Source of the DNA: Podarcis bocagei | Lineage: Eukaryota | Reading direction: 5' to 3' (one strand) | DNA length: 64,000 nucleotides | NCBI GenBank assembly: GCA_964188305.1 | Contig: OZ076888.1 | In this document: positions 1 to 28,200 of the stretch, piece after piece | How the letters are laid out: each line of letters starts with the position of its first letter | Position numbering within the stretch: position 1 is the first letter of the stretch | Notes under the pieces: generated by a model | Told to the model about the DNA's origin: nothing | Databases searched by the model: none | Seen by the model: only the letters and a program-made list of their open reading frames with translations | Translations under genes and position numbers: made by a program

Positions 1-266
1 AAAGTAGCACATGGAAGAAGCATGTATATGGAAGTGGACTGGTCTTTGGGGCCAGGAAGGAACCATCCCGATTGAGAGAAACTCTATCAGAACATTCTCA
101 TTATCGTTCAAGGCCTGGTTTACCTTTCCCTGCCTTATCCAACAGGCAAGTGGGTAAGAAAGGACCCCCCCTCCCCGCTTACAACTTTAATGCAAAGGAT
201 CACAGACATATCCCTAAATCCCCTCCCCACAAACATACAAAATTGGTCTGGTATATGGTGACTTAC

Positions 267-14207
<13,941 letters not shown>

Positions 14208-14328
14208 GGCAAGGCACTTCTTCCTCCTGCCTTTGTCCGACCTCTCTATCAGCCAGAGAGGCTGAGCAGGATGAAAGTCTCACAGGTTCAACGGAGGGGC
14301 GTTGGGCACAGCCTCTCAACAACAGATC

Positions 14329-14341
14329 ATTAATCGTTAAC
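14329..14341 (-). promoter_or_regulatory. HNF1 binding site in the ABCC2 proximal promoter
   Basis: Minus strand GTTAACGATTAAT, close to the HNF1 consensus GTTAATNATTAAC, about 120 bp upstream of the ABCC2 ATG. Fits a hepatocyte/enterocyte/kidney transporter. Confidence 0.6.
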
Positions 14342-15959
14342 TCCTGGTGTGTAGTCAGCCCCATGGATCAAATTCATGAACCTTGGATGGCATAGGCAGA
14401 GGAGCTGCCTGGGTATGGCCAGAGACACAGCAGGAGAGGTGGTGGCATGGATTCTGGTGGGCAGCAACATGTGCTGTCTTGGATGAGATCACTCAAGTTG
14501 ACTCACCACTAGTCTAAGACCCACTCCCCAGTGGTGATAAAGTTGAATAATGCCTGGGAAGAAAGCGTGGGAAGACAACCATCACCCCTTTTCCACACCA
14601 GGGAATTTCATATGCTACTCTCCACCTCAGCGGATTTCTAGGACAGTCTCGGTCTGATTCTGCCCCATTGTTCTTCTGCATCATGATTTCTGTGGGCAAG
14701 GGGTTTCTGAAAGTATGCAGCAGAGTCTTCCCCATTCCAGCAGCTAGGTATCCCCATTGTGTAATCCTACACAGCCAGTCAAGCGTCACAGAGTGTTCTA
14801 GTGTCCCATCAGATTGGTACTGCACTGGGGGATCCATAGATCTCAACTGGGAAGTACTGAATCACAAAAAGTGGTCTGAGAGTGAGCAAACCAGGTTGGA
14901 GGGGGGCGGGGGGGGGCGGGAACTATGAAAATACTACTCGGGATGAAAGACAAAAACTGAACCTGTCCCTAGCTACCAGCAGTAGTACTGACCTCATTGT
15001 GTCCCCCCCCCCTTGCCCAAAGTGCTCCTGAAACAAACTAAAAAAAGCTAAGAGAGATTCTGCTGTCTCATTCCTTATACAATCAATAAACCCAGAACCG
15101 ACTGTGATTCATAGTCCTGACTAAAGGGTCCAATGTCCACAGAACAAGCAATTTAAATCCCTCGTGGTTAATTATTAGATAGTTAATCAAATCTCATCAT
15201 ATTATAAACAATGTCCCAATCTGGATGGCAGCTGTCTGTTAAAATTCAGGAGCACACAACACAACCTTAGGAAATGGGAAGTGAAGACCACCTTTCCACA
15301 ATGGACAACTTTATAACTCCCAATTCTGCCTTACGCTGAGACACAGGGAAGGGCCAATGTGTGGTTCTACCACAGGGTGAACTAATTTCTTTCCTACAAA
15401 TTGGTGTTAATGGTAGGCTGTTGCAACGGTGTTCCCCTTTCTCAGGGTACTTTTATTTGTAAAGGTGGAGGGGGGCAGAGTTGAATTTCATAGATCAGTG
15501 CAGAAACACAGGTTCTCAGAATTCACATCTACTTTGCTTCTTCTGTAGTCCAGCTGCTGTAAAATAAGCCTAAGCTCATGGTTTGTCTTGCTTCAGACAT
15601 GGGCCCAGGCTTAGCTTGAAGCAGCAGGCCCAGAGGAGCAATCACAGTCTCTCCTCCTCTGTATGCCAGAGCATTTGTGCCAAGTCATTATTTGGCTTAG
15701 CTTTACTTGTGAGTCATTGTGTGAGATCCACAATGGCCTTTAGCAGCAGAAACCACATGACTATCTCTTACACAATCTCTGAATCTCTAAACTCCCCTTA
15801 CCACAGTCAGATAAAACATCAAACATTTTCTGAACTTCTCTGAACTTCTGCTCCTCCTCAAGATACTGATTATTCTGGAAGGTTAACTTACCTGAGGAGC
15901 TGCCCTGCTTGTCATGAAGCTATGCAAATAGAGGCAAATGCCATAAGGGCAAGAAAATG

Positions 15960-16375
15960 ATGCCTTTATGGCAACCTTGCAGCCTGGCTACTGTAGTCCA
16001 TGTGTTGATAAACGTGAGGTTGGATTACTGCAATGTGCTCTGTGTGGGGCTTCCCTTGGCCTCGTTCTGCCTGAACCCTTATATCCCAGCTCAGTCACTA
16101 AGATCATTTGCAGGAGCGTCGTTGGTCATTCCCCAAATTGGTGGAGATCTGACAATAAGCATCCAAGCCTTTAGCATCAACAGTCCAGCACTGTGGAATG
16201 TTCTGCCAATAAGGATTAACAGGTTCATGCAGGAAATCAAGAATACATCTTTCCGTAAAAGTTACCTCATTGCTGATTTTAACTTTTCAATATGGTTTTC
16301 GTTGTATGGTTTTATGTGTAATTGTTGCAAAACACTCTGGCATTTTTATGAAAAGTGATATATAATTTTTTTTTA
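15960..16375 (+). mobile_element. Decayed 3' fragment of an L2/CR1-clade LINE
   Basis: Translates as ATVVHVLINVRLDYCNVLCVGLP…AFSINSPALWNVLP, motifs typical of the C-terminus of L2-type ORF2, followed by an AT-rich tail. Confidence 0.65.
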
Positions 16376-17030
16376 TATAAATTACATAGAAACTTCACCC
16401 ACTCTAATGACTTCTGTAGGACAGGATCCAGAACCTGACAACAGTGAAATTTTTGCTGTCAGGTGTACGGAATTGCAGTGCTTGGTCACCTTGTGGTCGC
16501 TCTCTTAACCCCTGTTCTGAGAGATCCCTCCTCCCGCAATTGCAGTATTGCTTTACCACTTTCCTCTATGTACTTCAAAGAGGTAGTCTTCTACTCCAAT
16601 CAAACTGAGGTGGGGTGAAGGAAGCCTGCAACACCCAATGTGCTCTCCTCCCCCCCCCCCCGGCCCATTTCCTTTGGGAGCAGTTTAAAGTCTTGCCATA
16701 GCCTCTACAGGAAGAAGAGCCACAGTGATATGGAGTGGCTTCAGGGTTTATTTAAGAAGAGACCTTAACAGGGAGAGTGTTGCCCGATGGCGAGTGCCCC
16801 TTTAATTAAGCCCCTCCCCATCATTTGCTCCCCACAGACAAAACGGCATTACGACATCTGAGGAAAAAACGCTGTGGAGCAAGTGGGAATAGGAGAAAAA
16901 CAAGCAGAGGCTTCTTCGTTTGATTGGCCCATGTCCTTTAAGCGCTGGCAAGGATGCTGTTGAAATGTCTAAGTCTACGGATTGCGCAGGTCACAGGGCT
17001 CTGGGTCTTCCTGGCCCACAGTAGCTTGTT

Positions 17031-20000
17031 CTACAGGATATTCTTTGCAATTGCATTCAGGGTCCTCACTTTAGCCACATCGGCCACCTTGATGGAATAT
17101 TCAGGTGTGGAGAGGTAGGCCCCCATGGTAATGTAAGGGTTTCTAAAAGAATACCAACAAGTCTTTGGTTACTGTCTGGAACCTGGACCTAGAAGAGCCG
17201 GAATGAGAACCATCCTAAGTCCTACCCACTGGGCCATAATCTGCTGTCATATTGCCTTTTGGGTGCTACCTTAACCCATTGCATCTGCAACTATGAACTA
17301 CAGACCCAAGTCTATCCCTAATGCAACAATGCCTGGCTCCCAGCTAAATGCACCTGTCAGGTTCCAGTGCCCCAAATGTTCTTAGTCAAGTTACTACCCC
17401 AAACGGTGGAGCTGCATCGGGAGATGGAAGCAAGGCTTGGGCCCCTCAGTAAGTCAGGATAGAAACTTGCTCAGTTACCTGAACTTCATTCCTGAGTCTT
17501 TGAGTGAGCGCGCTGAGCAGTGAAACTCAGAGGCGCCAGAGCCTTCTAAGATTCTCTGCAGGTTTCTCTCGGTTATGCCTCCCCCTGGTGGAGAGAACCC
17601 ATCACTCAGTCACAAACATAAAGTTAAGCAGGAATAGACAGAGCTACATTCTGGGTCATTAAATAGATGGGGGAAATCCCTTTGCTCTGAACCAGAGGCT
17701 AATCTTTAGGGTCAATGCAGGCTGCACTTGCAGCTCTGAAGCAGGTAGAGCTCCTAAATATGCCTCTGGAAGGGAGCAGATGCCCATCATGTATTATCTT
17801 ATCAGTTTAGCTGCTGATTAGCACTGCTTTTGTTTTGCCTGACAGTTAGTGATCACTCAGGAACACGATAAGGAAACATTAGGTAATGTTCCTTGATGCC
17901 TGGAAATCTTTGCCTTCATAATGCCATACCTATAAGAGTTTGAGGAAGGGACAGATAGGTAGAAGCAAATTGAATTTGGATTGACAGAGGCAAAGAGTCT
18001 ACAGCAGCAAGTTAAGCAGGTAGGGGTTGTGTGTGGGTATCTACACTATTCCTTTAACCTAATGCAGTTTCAGCAGTTGTGCCATCCATCTATTTCTACT
18101 AAGCTCTGTCTGTTTTTATATCTGCAAATAAATAAATATTATAAAGTCTTTCGTGCACTCTCATCCAAAGGGAATTACACCCTAAAGCTCTGTTCCTGGA
18201 CTTCTTGCCACTTGGGCAAGTGTGGCTGCCTAACAACATGCTTGGTTGGTGCTAGAGTTCTGATCTATGCCAACAAGTGGTACTCACTGCAGAGTCTTAC
18301 CTGGCACTACAACAATCCTGCCCTTAGCCTGAAAAGGAAGACAAAATGGGTTTAGTGGTCTTGCTTATAGGAGAAAACACACCAAATGGGTAGCACAAAT
18401 ATTCTGTTAAGGAAGATGTAGAATGTATTTATTTGCAATATTTAATTTCATTTTTTAATGCTGCTTTTCAAATGGTTTGCTCCAAGTAATACTGTCACGT
18501 TGAGTTTCTTACATGCTCTAGGAAAGTATGCTCCCACACTTGTCTATCATTGTGTATATTTCACCTCTGCAAAGTCAAACAACTGAGGATCTACCAAGTT
18601 TCACCTCCATCCTCGGATGGTTGAACTTCAGAAACTATATGCTGCCATATCAGTATCAGCAGGACTGCTTCAACTTCACCCCAGTGTTAGAGACTGGAAG
18701 CAACTTTAAAATAACTAAGCGACTCCTGCGTTGTCTTTTGTCTGTTGTGCATTCTTCTGGACAGGTGTGAGATACGGGTGTGCCATGCGCATATTGTGTA
18801 CTTAACAGAGAAGAAGGGAGCTAATTTACTGCAGTAGCCTATGGGAATTAACACAATACTGAAAGAAGCTATTGTATCAGAAGGTGCAAGGCACAGTTTC
18901 TGTATATTCAATAGGGAGGCCAGTTTTCACCCTGAATCGTTGAAAAACCCTCACCCATCTGAAGACCATGAAAGACTGCTAGCTGACATTTCTCTGCTCC
19001 CACCACACTCTGTCCAGTTCCTTGGATAGCCCACTCTTAAGTAGGCAAGAAAAGTGTATCAGTAGAGTTACAAATTTGGGAGAGATGACACCTCACCTGT
19101 TCTGTCAGTCGTTTTATCAAGGGCAGCCCCTCTAGAACAGTGCTGTCACAGCCACTAGTCAGGACCCGTTCAAAGCCCATCGATATTAGCGTTTCCAAGG
19201 CTGCCAAAGGGTCATAGACCATATCAAAAGCTGCTGAGAAAAATGGAGCATGTCAGTCTTTACTGCCAAATGTTCTGGAAGGCAAATCTACTGACATATT
19301 CCAGGCTTTAGCCTAGTCCCAAATCCCTGGTAGGCAGTCCTAATATGTGCAATTCCCAGAGTACATTCTCATAGTGCCCCCCACCTCACCAAGGTAAGGC
19401 CATTGTGCCTGAGCCTACAGCCTGCAAGCAGGCAGTCCGGCTTTCATTCCCCACTCCAAGCTCTGTAAGAAGAGTCTGCTGGACCTGTCCAATGGCCTAT
19501 CCAGTCCAGCATCATGTTCTCACAGTGGCCAACCAGATGCCCGTGGGAAACCAGCAAGCAGAAACTCACCTCTGTGGAAGGTGACTGGCAGAGGGCGGGA
19601 AGCAGCTGCAAAAAGAACAGATCCCAGATGGTTAGTATACCTTTGCTTAGGGGTTGGCTTTGTGAAGGCAATGCTTCTGCTACTGGTCCTGGAAAGAAAG
19701 GAAACTTCTCCAGATGGTTCAACCAAGGTGGCTGTAGTCATCTGACACCATTTCTGCAATATGGATTCATCATCCTTTCTCATTTCCACTAAGACTGCCC
19801 ACTAGCTAGCTCTTTGTATGGCATTTCTTTTCACATTTTGTGTATCAAACCCCTCACACATGTTGGGCTTATGCACTTATTTTAAAAAGTAATCCTGGTG
19901 TAGACTATAGATGTATCCACTTGTTTCCCTAGGTAGCCTGTGGAATAATGAACCATGGAGTGAATGGATACTGGCTTCTGGTTAAAATAGTTTAGCTGCT

Positions 20001-23000
20001 GTATTTCAGCTTGCCTCACAGAACTTTCCCCACCTTTCCTCCTTCTGTGTGCTGTTCTGGGGGGGGGGGGACATGCAGGAAGAGGACAGGCTTCACCTAA
20101 AGGTAAAGGTAAAGGTACCCCTGCCCGAACGGGCCAGTCGTGTCCGACTCTGGGGTTGCGCGCCCATCTCGCTTAAGAGGCCGGGGGCCAGCGCTGTCCG
20201 AAGACACTTCCGGGTCACGTGGCCAGCGTGACAAGCTGCATCTGGCGAGCCAGCGCAGAACACGGAAATGCCGTTTACCTTCCCGCTAGTAAGGGGTCCC
20301 TATTTATCTACTTGCACCCGGGGGTGCTTTCAAACTGCTAGGTTGGCAGGCGCTGGGACCGAGCAACGGGAGCGCACCCTGCCGCGGGGATTCGAACCGC
20401 TGACCTGACGATCGGCAAGTCCTAGGCGCTGAGGTTTTACCCACAGCGCCACCCATAGGCTTCACCTAGCTAGAGCCAATTTTGGGGGGCATGCAGGGAG
20501 AGGACAGGCTTCCCCTAGCAAGACTAATTCTTCTTCAGAAGATATACTGTCAGTTTCAGTTAAATAGAGAAAATAGCTATTAATTATTTTCTTTGCATTT
20601 TTGAGGGTCCAGAAAAACCATAGTGTTATCATTCTTTCAAAAAAGTTTCCTATTCTTCTGGATAATTCTTCCTTCTGTACAGAACTTATGGCTGCCTAAC
20701 ACTCTCTCCATCAGAGCTGCACAGTGCCCCTTCTTACAAACAAAGGTCACTCATCCCAACCATTACAGCGTTTGGCTCCTGCTTTATCTGAATAATTCAT
20801 TCATTTATGGAATGACCTATGGAATGTCCTCCCTCTAGAGCAGCCTTTGTCAAATTAGCTGGGGCTAATGGGAGTTATAGCCCCAAACATCTGGAGGATA
20901 CCAGCTTGGTGTAGACTGCCCTAGGAGCACGACTGGTGCTAAAGCGCTGTTGTCATGGAATTATTAGCTGGTGGCACTGTATGACAATCACTACTCAAGT
21001 ACCAAATAAGCCCTTTGAAAAGTAAAGCCTGCTCACCCAGCAGTGCTGTGCAGAGCTCTGTATCCACACGTCCATCCTCAGTCAAGGCTCCAAACACCAA
21101 CCCATCAGCCCCATGTTGTTTGGCAAGTCGGATGTCTGCTTTCATCACCTCCACTTCTCGGTCAGAATAGAGGAAATCCCCCCCACGGGGGCGGATCATC
21201 ACAAATACAGGCACCCTTATACACTGCTTCACCACTTGCAAAAGGCCTGCAGACAAACATGTTTGGGACATGGTGTCAGTTTTGTACTGGATTGTTCTAT
21301 GAGTTGGACAAGAAGTGAAACCTAGAACATGGTACGGAGGAACTTAGGAACATAGCAAGATGCCTCATACAAAGGGAGACCACTGAGCCATCTAGGTCAG
21401 TTCTGCCTATGTCTGGAGTAGCCAACAAGATGCCCTCCAGATGTTGGTGAACTACAGCTCCAATCAACTGACCACTGACCGTTTAGGCTGAGGCGAGTTG
21501 GAGTCCAACAACATCTGGAGAGCCACACGTTCCCCATCCCAGAGCTAGACCATCAGCACTGGGTCTAAGAGAAGCAAGGGAGAAGAGAACAGGGCAGATG
21601 TCAAACCCTTTTTGCAGACTTTGGGAGAAGGGGCTGCTGAAGGAGGGAAGGTGAAATAGGGTGATTAAATAACAGCCTGTCTTGCAAAAAGACCAGGAGG
21701 TGCTGATGACACAGAAGAACACAAAAAGAGCAAGCAGAACAACAGGTATTTTCTTTCTGTTCCAGGAGCAGAGGGCCTGGAGGGCAGAGGTCCAAACATT
21801 TCTCCACATTGCTTGGCTGCTCAGTACTGCTACATCTTGCAGAGAAATGGTGGATTGGATCTTGCTTGTATGTGCCAACTCACCTATAGTAGGTGTTGTT
21901 CCTCCTTCCATGAGGTTGGCACACAGTTCAAGGCGGCCAGCACCTGCAACAGGGTCACACATTAAACCTCTGAATATAAGTGGTTTGCAAGATTTTAACG
22001 GAGATCTACATTATGAAGAAACCATGTGGTCCTTGCTATAATCCAACAAGGGAAGTTCGCCCAGCTCCATCATTATATGTCTTTAGCTGCTAGGCAAAAA
22101 CCTTCCTCTAAAAGCAGGCCTTTGGCCTTTAACTATCTGCGGCCATTTAGAAGTGGGTGGGATTTTTTTTAATTATTCCCTCCCTCCTCCCCTTGGTTTT
22201 AATGTATCTATGTTGGGTGTGTTAAGGTATGGGGGTGCTGTTTGTTTGTAAGTAGCAACTAACAAATTTAAGTAATAAATAAAATAAACCAATGGGTAGG
22301 AGTGCTGGAAATTTTCGAGCCAAGAGTGAGATTGGTCACCTGTATTTAGCTTATCCACATAGACTTCAACCCCTACTCATGCAGTAACTAAGAAAGAAAA
22401 TCAATTAATAGGTGATTTGAGTATCTCAGCCCATGTTTTATAATGCACTGCAGCAAAACAGAGCAGGACCACTTAAGTAGTTAAGGCAGCTGAAGACAAG
22501 GCAAGTTGACATTTATTCATTTATTCATTTAAATTTGCAGTTTACCCTACTCTCAAAGGCTAGAGTAATTGGGTTGCAGGCAATTAAAATACATAAATGC
22601 ATATCCTGAATCTATGTGTCACTAACCTAGATCAGAACTTTGGAAGTCTTTACTTATTGACCAGTTTATAACATTTAATATCCTACCTTTCAAGCCTAAA
22701 AGGGTTCATAAAACAGTTTCACACTGCTTGGGGAAGTGAGTGTGCCTCTCTTTTCAATACATATAGCATGTGTACCCAGAGGTGTCCTGGCCTAGAAAGA
22801 CCCCTCAATGATCCTTAAGTATTTTCATCTTCCATCTTTTTTATGGGATTACCTCCTCTCTCTGCATTCACAGCAGACTCCACAGAATCAACACATACTT
22901 CCATGAGAAAGCCATTGGCCATTCCTAGAAGAGAAACACAACCAGAGGTTATGGGGCAATCAGGCTCTGTCTCAGAGACAAGCTCCAGTGCTTTGTCTTT

Positions 23001-24944
23001 TAATTGGCTTCTTTCATCTTGCTCACCCAAGCACATCCACAGCTCTCAGAAACAGAAGCTTCATAGATTCCCCATCACCAGCAACCTTAAAAAGCCTTAA
23101 CCTGTCAGTAGCTGCTTTAAAGGGAACACACAATAAGAACAGAAAACTTGTATCACCATGCGAATTTAAAGAAGAAATCAAGCTTGATCTGTATCAGCTC
23201 AAAACAGGTACAGAAAAAACACATGGGAAGTTGAACACTACTTTTGCTGTAACTCCTGATCCCCTTGCCTTCTTGCTCTCCCTGGATCTTGTTCTCTGTG
23301 TTGCACTGTCTGAACAGATCTGTCTGTCTGTCTATCTATATGTTTATATGTTTGTTTATTTATTACCAAATAAGTCACTTTTCAGCCTGGTCTCCCAGAG
23401 TAGTATACAAAATTAAATAGTAAACATAGAATACCAAATAATTAACAAAAAAGCAACTGTGAAAGTGGCACATACAAAAATCAGCAGACTAAAAACCTGA
23501 AAATTCTAAAATATTTTAAAAGACCTGTGCAATTAAAAAATGTTTATCTGGCACCAAAAAAGAAAAAAAAGAGAAAAGAAAAAAAAGATCAGCACTAGGT
23601 GAACCTTCCAATGGAGAGAATTATAAACCTCCGCTATCCCAAGTCTTCATCAGCTTCATTACTTACAGGGGCACAGGAGAAATTACTTAAAGGGGCACAG
23701 GAGAAATTAATACACTGGCAAGTTTATTCAGTAAGTGGTCCTTAATGTAACTGCATCATTAAAAGAGACTCTTGAACCTGATTTCTGCAGATTAGCACAA
23801 ATCTAAAGTAGAATAAGGGTTTGAAGGGGGGGCTCCAATTTGGAGGATTCAAGGATATGTCACAGCTCCGCGGTAGTGCCTTGTATTCAGAAGGCCACAG
23901 GTTCATTTCCCAGTAAGTCCAAGTAGGGCTAGGTTGTTCCGTTTGAAACCCTGGAGAACTGCTGTCAAGTCAGTGCAAGCAATACTGAACTAGATGGCTC
24001 TATGGTCTGACTCACTTTAAAGTAGCGTTCTACATTCCGAATAAAAAGTCTGTGCTAGTGATCCAGATTTTTCCTCCTTTCAGAATACTAAATTGAGTAG
24101 GGCTGACTTCCCTTCCACCTTTCTCCATATATTTCAGAGGATTCAGGTTCTCCAGCAGGAAGATGAAGTTGAGATGCGTGGGAACAGCTGACAGCAAGGC
24201 CAGCCTGTAACTTGCAGAGTCTCCCTTAGGCAAATGCAGAACTTACTCTAGAAACTCCAACAACAGATGGAACTTTGGCCAGTAACATAGTGCATTAAAT
24301 GTGCATTCTGTTCTTGACGTCCTTTGTTATGCTTTGTTTTGAAATCTTTTAAGGTAATGTTTTAGTTTCCTATTAACTCTGTCGCTTTGAAGGTATACTT
24401 TATATTTGTTTTTATTCCATTATGTTTTATTCAGGATTGCTTTAATTGATGCTTCAATGTAGCTTGTAAAGCGCTTCAACTCCCCCCTTAAAAATATAGA
24501 AATTAAATAAATAAATACGCAAACAAGCAAGCAAGCCCCAGTGAGTGCAGGCAAGATTGCAGTCCTCAGGCCTATAGCTAGAACCCTGCAGACGCTCACC
24601 TGAGAATAAGGACCCCTTTGGACTCAATTGGGTTTTACGTTTTAAACACAAAGGCCTGATATGTAAAAATGCCAATAAAATCTATCCCACTTGGTTTTGT
24701 TGAATGCACATTGCGGTCGTGAGTGTGCACAGGGCACCCCCCCCCCCGCCCCAGAACAACAGTATTAAAATTTCTGGCTCCTCTTGCATCTGTGGAGGGG
24801 GAAAGGGAGGCCTTGAAGCCGCCCGGATTTCCGCCCCCGCCCAAGGGATTCCTCGGGATCCCCGGCGCTTCCTTCCGGCCGTCCCCCCGCCCACTCACCC
24901 TCACACCCTTCTGCCAGGCCCTGCTTCCGGTCCCATCTCCTCAT
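17031..24944 (-). CDS. CUTC: Copper homeostasis protein cutC homolog, 9 exons, about 267 aa
   Basis: Exons: 24899-24944, 22853-22924 (GFLMEVCVDSVESAVNAERG), 21884-21943 (RLELCANLMEGGTTP), 21037-21246 (VFVMIRPRGGDFLYSDRE), 19570-19605 (LPVTFHR), 19097-19230 (AFDMVYDP...RVLTSG), 18301-18328, 17479-17584 (GGGITERNLQRIL...EFHCSAR), 17031-17142 (…AIAKNIL*). The exon 1 start codon is the least certain part. Minus-strand AATAAA at 16747-16752. Confidence 0.95.
20100..20456 (-). mobile_element. Sauria SINE (reverse orientation) in CUTC intron 4
   Basis: Reverse-complement homolog of 2669-3036 with (AAAGGT)n tail. 12-bp TSD AGGCTTCACCTA at 20088-20099 and 20457-20468. Confidence 0.9.
23860..24030 (+). 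mobile_element. Decayed tRNA-derived squamate SINE
   Basis: Box-B-like GGTTCATTTCCC and GAAACCCTGGAGAACTGCTG…CAATACTGAACTAGATGG body. Related fragments at about 56980-57090 and 30055-30125. Confidence 0.5.
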
Positions 24945-25206
24945 TCCGCCTCGGGGCCGCTCTGGAGGCGCGGCGGATGTCGGCAGTTCTGCGCCAAACC
25001 AGCCCTGAGCTGAGGAGGAAGCCCCGCCCACCCCTGGGGCCTCGGCTCCCGCGCGGCGGCAGCGGCGCACAAGCAAGAGGAGGCGCCGTCCTACCTGTCA
25101 CGTGGCGTCGCGGTCACCGAGTGCGCGGTCGCGGCGTTTCCGGAAATAGCTCGGATTTCTTTCCGTGTCAAGAGCGAGTCGCTTCCGGGTTGCAGCTTGA
25201 GGAGCG
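24945..25206. promoter_or_regulatory. Bidirectional CpG-island promoter shared by CUTC and COX15
   Basis: Start codons are 262 bp apart, head-to-head, in GC/CpG-rich sequence. E-box GTCACGTG at about 25097-25104; ETS/GABP-type TTCCGGAA at about 25138-25145 and CTTCCGGG at about 25182. Confidence 0.85.
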
Positions 25207-28200
25207 ATGCTCTTGCGGGCGGCACTAAGAGGGTCTCGGTTCTTGCTGGCCCCACGAGGAACGGGGTCCCCCGGCCAGGTACTCCAGGGGCGGCGCTTGG
25301 TTTCCATAGCAACGGGGACCGGGTCAAAGATGCCTCTTTATCGGCCGAGGGTTGCAAAACGAAGCCACCCCCGGCGGCTCCTCGTTTCTTAGCCTTGCGA
25401 GCAGGCTGAGTACCTGCTATCACCCTCGCTAAGACACGCTGCTGGGGAAAATGCCAGGAGTTTCCGCCCTTATGCATCCTTTGCACTGTGGGAGGTGCTA
25501 ATCAATGCTACCTCATTTCTACGTGGGGACCTCTAATTATGGGGTGATATTCAAAAAAACTACAGACTCTATTGCCTGCACCTGTCACAACCAGACACGT
25601 TAAAGGGGGCAGACTGAAGACTAGGAGTTTCGGTGACTGCCAAAATATTTCACTTGTATAACCACAGCAAGCCCTCAACCTATGCAAGCCCTCAAACTAT
25701 GCGGGGTTACATTCCAGGAATCATGCCTAAATCAAAATTCACATATCATCAAAACACATTAGGTTCAATGGCAGGTGGGATTGCCAAAGTCTTTTTCCCT
25801 GGACGCTTGTCCTCTTTTTAATTATGTTTTAATTTGCCAAGCGCATATAGCTAAATGTGCACCAGTTAAATGTGTAAGTCTCTCTCTAATTTTAACAATA
25901 GGTGTAATGCTTCATAGTTTTAAGTATTTTAGTATAGGCTTTTTTTAAAAAAAGAGTAGTGTCTACATGTTTTAAACAAATAAAATAACAATTATGAATG
26001 TAACATCACATTTTATTACATGGTCACAGGCCCTGTAAAAACACGAACACTTTCCCCTCCATATGCTTTCAGCATTTAAATAGCATATGAAAACCCTACT
26101 GGATCACACTTAGAGTCCATGGAGTTCAACCTCTTTTTGCTAATGGTGGCCAGCCAAGTGCTTCTGAAGATTCCACAAGCAGAACGCTTAAGAACATATT
26201 GAAAATAAAAATAAGTTTTGCTGAGCATCTCAGTGAATAGCTGTTGACATTCCTGTTGTCCAGTTTTTTTGTGCTTGCACCATTGATGATCTGGTCCTTT
26301 ATCCTTGTCCTTGTATTTTGTAGAATAATGTCTGGCACTTAATACAACCTTTCTGATGTAGTGAACACAGGTGTGAACTCTTTACGGCAAAGAGAGTTCA
26401 TTCATCTTGAGTAATGCTCCTCTTCCATGTCATGAATTGCAAATGTATGTTTAGTGGGGTGGCATAATTATAAACAGCCTCCTCACTACCTTCTCTGTCC
26501 TCAGCAATGTCAACGGTGGTGGCAGCTCCCACAGAGACGGTCACAACACAGTGTAGTGTCAGAAGTTGCTTCCCATCCCAGAGTGGTGGTACCACCTGTC
26601 CCCAATGCTGTGACCAACCGGGCTGTAGGGCGCTGGCTTCTAATATGCAGTGGTACTGTGGCCGGAGCTGTGGTGTTGGGTGGTGTCACTAGGTAAGGAA
26701 AATTAGCACCTCCTCTTCAAGCCTTTGCTATATTTTATTTACCTTTGACACTATGGTTCTCCAACTGTCATAGATTGTATCTTTCTGCAACCAGCAGAGA
26801 TCTTCCTAGGGGCATTGCTTCCTCTTGGTCATGCCAGTGTGTGGGCCTAAACTAACTTCTGGTATCTCTCTGCCCTTTGAATGCCTGTGTCTACGCTTAT
26901 TTTATAAATGCATTGTAGATAAACAATGCAGGCAGTAAAAGAAAGGTGGGATTAAAGGGTAACAAATAAATACTTTTTGTACTTACAGTCATAACAACCT
27001 TTTGAGGTATGGTAGTTAATTTAGACTATTTCAGAATTTAAAAGGTGTGATTGCATATATATTTGCATCTAATTGATAACCGGTATGTTTGTGTGTAGTC
27101 AGACTTTGCATCTGCATTTGTGTCTGAATTTTCCCATTGTGGCTTCATTCTGCTTTTCTAGATAGATGGATACACATGCACACACCATTATATCCCACAT
27201 TGATAGCATCTTCCCTCAATGGTGTGTCATTGCTGTTCTTTCCTTCTCAGGCTGACAGAGTCTGGGCTTTCAATGGTTGACTGGCATCTTGTGCGGGAGA
27301 TGAAGCCTCCTCGGACACAGCAGGAGTGGGAAGCAGAATTCCAAAACTACCAGCAATTCCCAGAATTTAAAATGTATGCATGGGTTGAGCTAAAGTTCCT
27401 AGAGACTAAAATTAAATTTGGGGGGGGGGGGGAGAGCCTATTCTACTATCCCAGCAAAAGGGAAATGAGAAAAAAAGAGTATCTTGAATGCTACTTCTTG
27501 ATAGAACTTGTCATGGAAAGGGGAATGGGCAACTACACCTTACTGCAGGGTTTGTTGTTGTTTTGTAAACCTTCTCTCTGAATCTAACAGCCTGAACCAC
27601 AACATGACGCTGACAGAGTTCAAATTCATCTGGTACATGGAATATTCACACCGAATGTGGGGACGGCTTGTTGGACTGGCTTACATCCTTCCTGCAGCTT
27701 ACTTCTGGAGGAAGGGTTACCTCAACCGGTCCCTGAAGGGTCGTGTCGTTGCCCTCTGTGGACTTGTCTGTTTCCAGGTGGGAAAGATCACTGGGATCTT
27801 GTAATTGTTAAATGAATCATTAAATTACTCTGCCCAAGATAACTGAGATAGAACACGCTCCAGGAGCTGATTTGTATGTGATCGTAGGTCTCTGGTGCAC
27901 AGAAGCTTCAGATCATGGTGCTTGGAGTGTTGTTAGATCTTAGTTCCTTGAAAGAGAATGTACATGATATTGGCAAGAGCAAAAGTGGTCTTAGTTTCAT
28001 GCCTCTATGGTACTTTTTCTTTGTTTTGGCAGGGCCTATTGGGCTGGTATATGGTAAAAAGTGGATTAGAGGAAAAGCCAGACTCTCATGATATCCCACG
28101 GGTCAGTCAGTACCGTCTAGCCGCACACCTGGGCTCTGCACTTGTTCTTTACTGCTACAGCCTGTGGACTGGACTCTCATTACTGCTGCCGCAGCACAAG

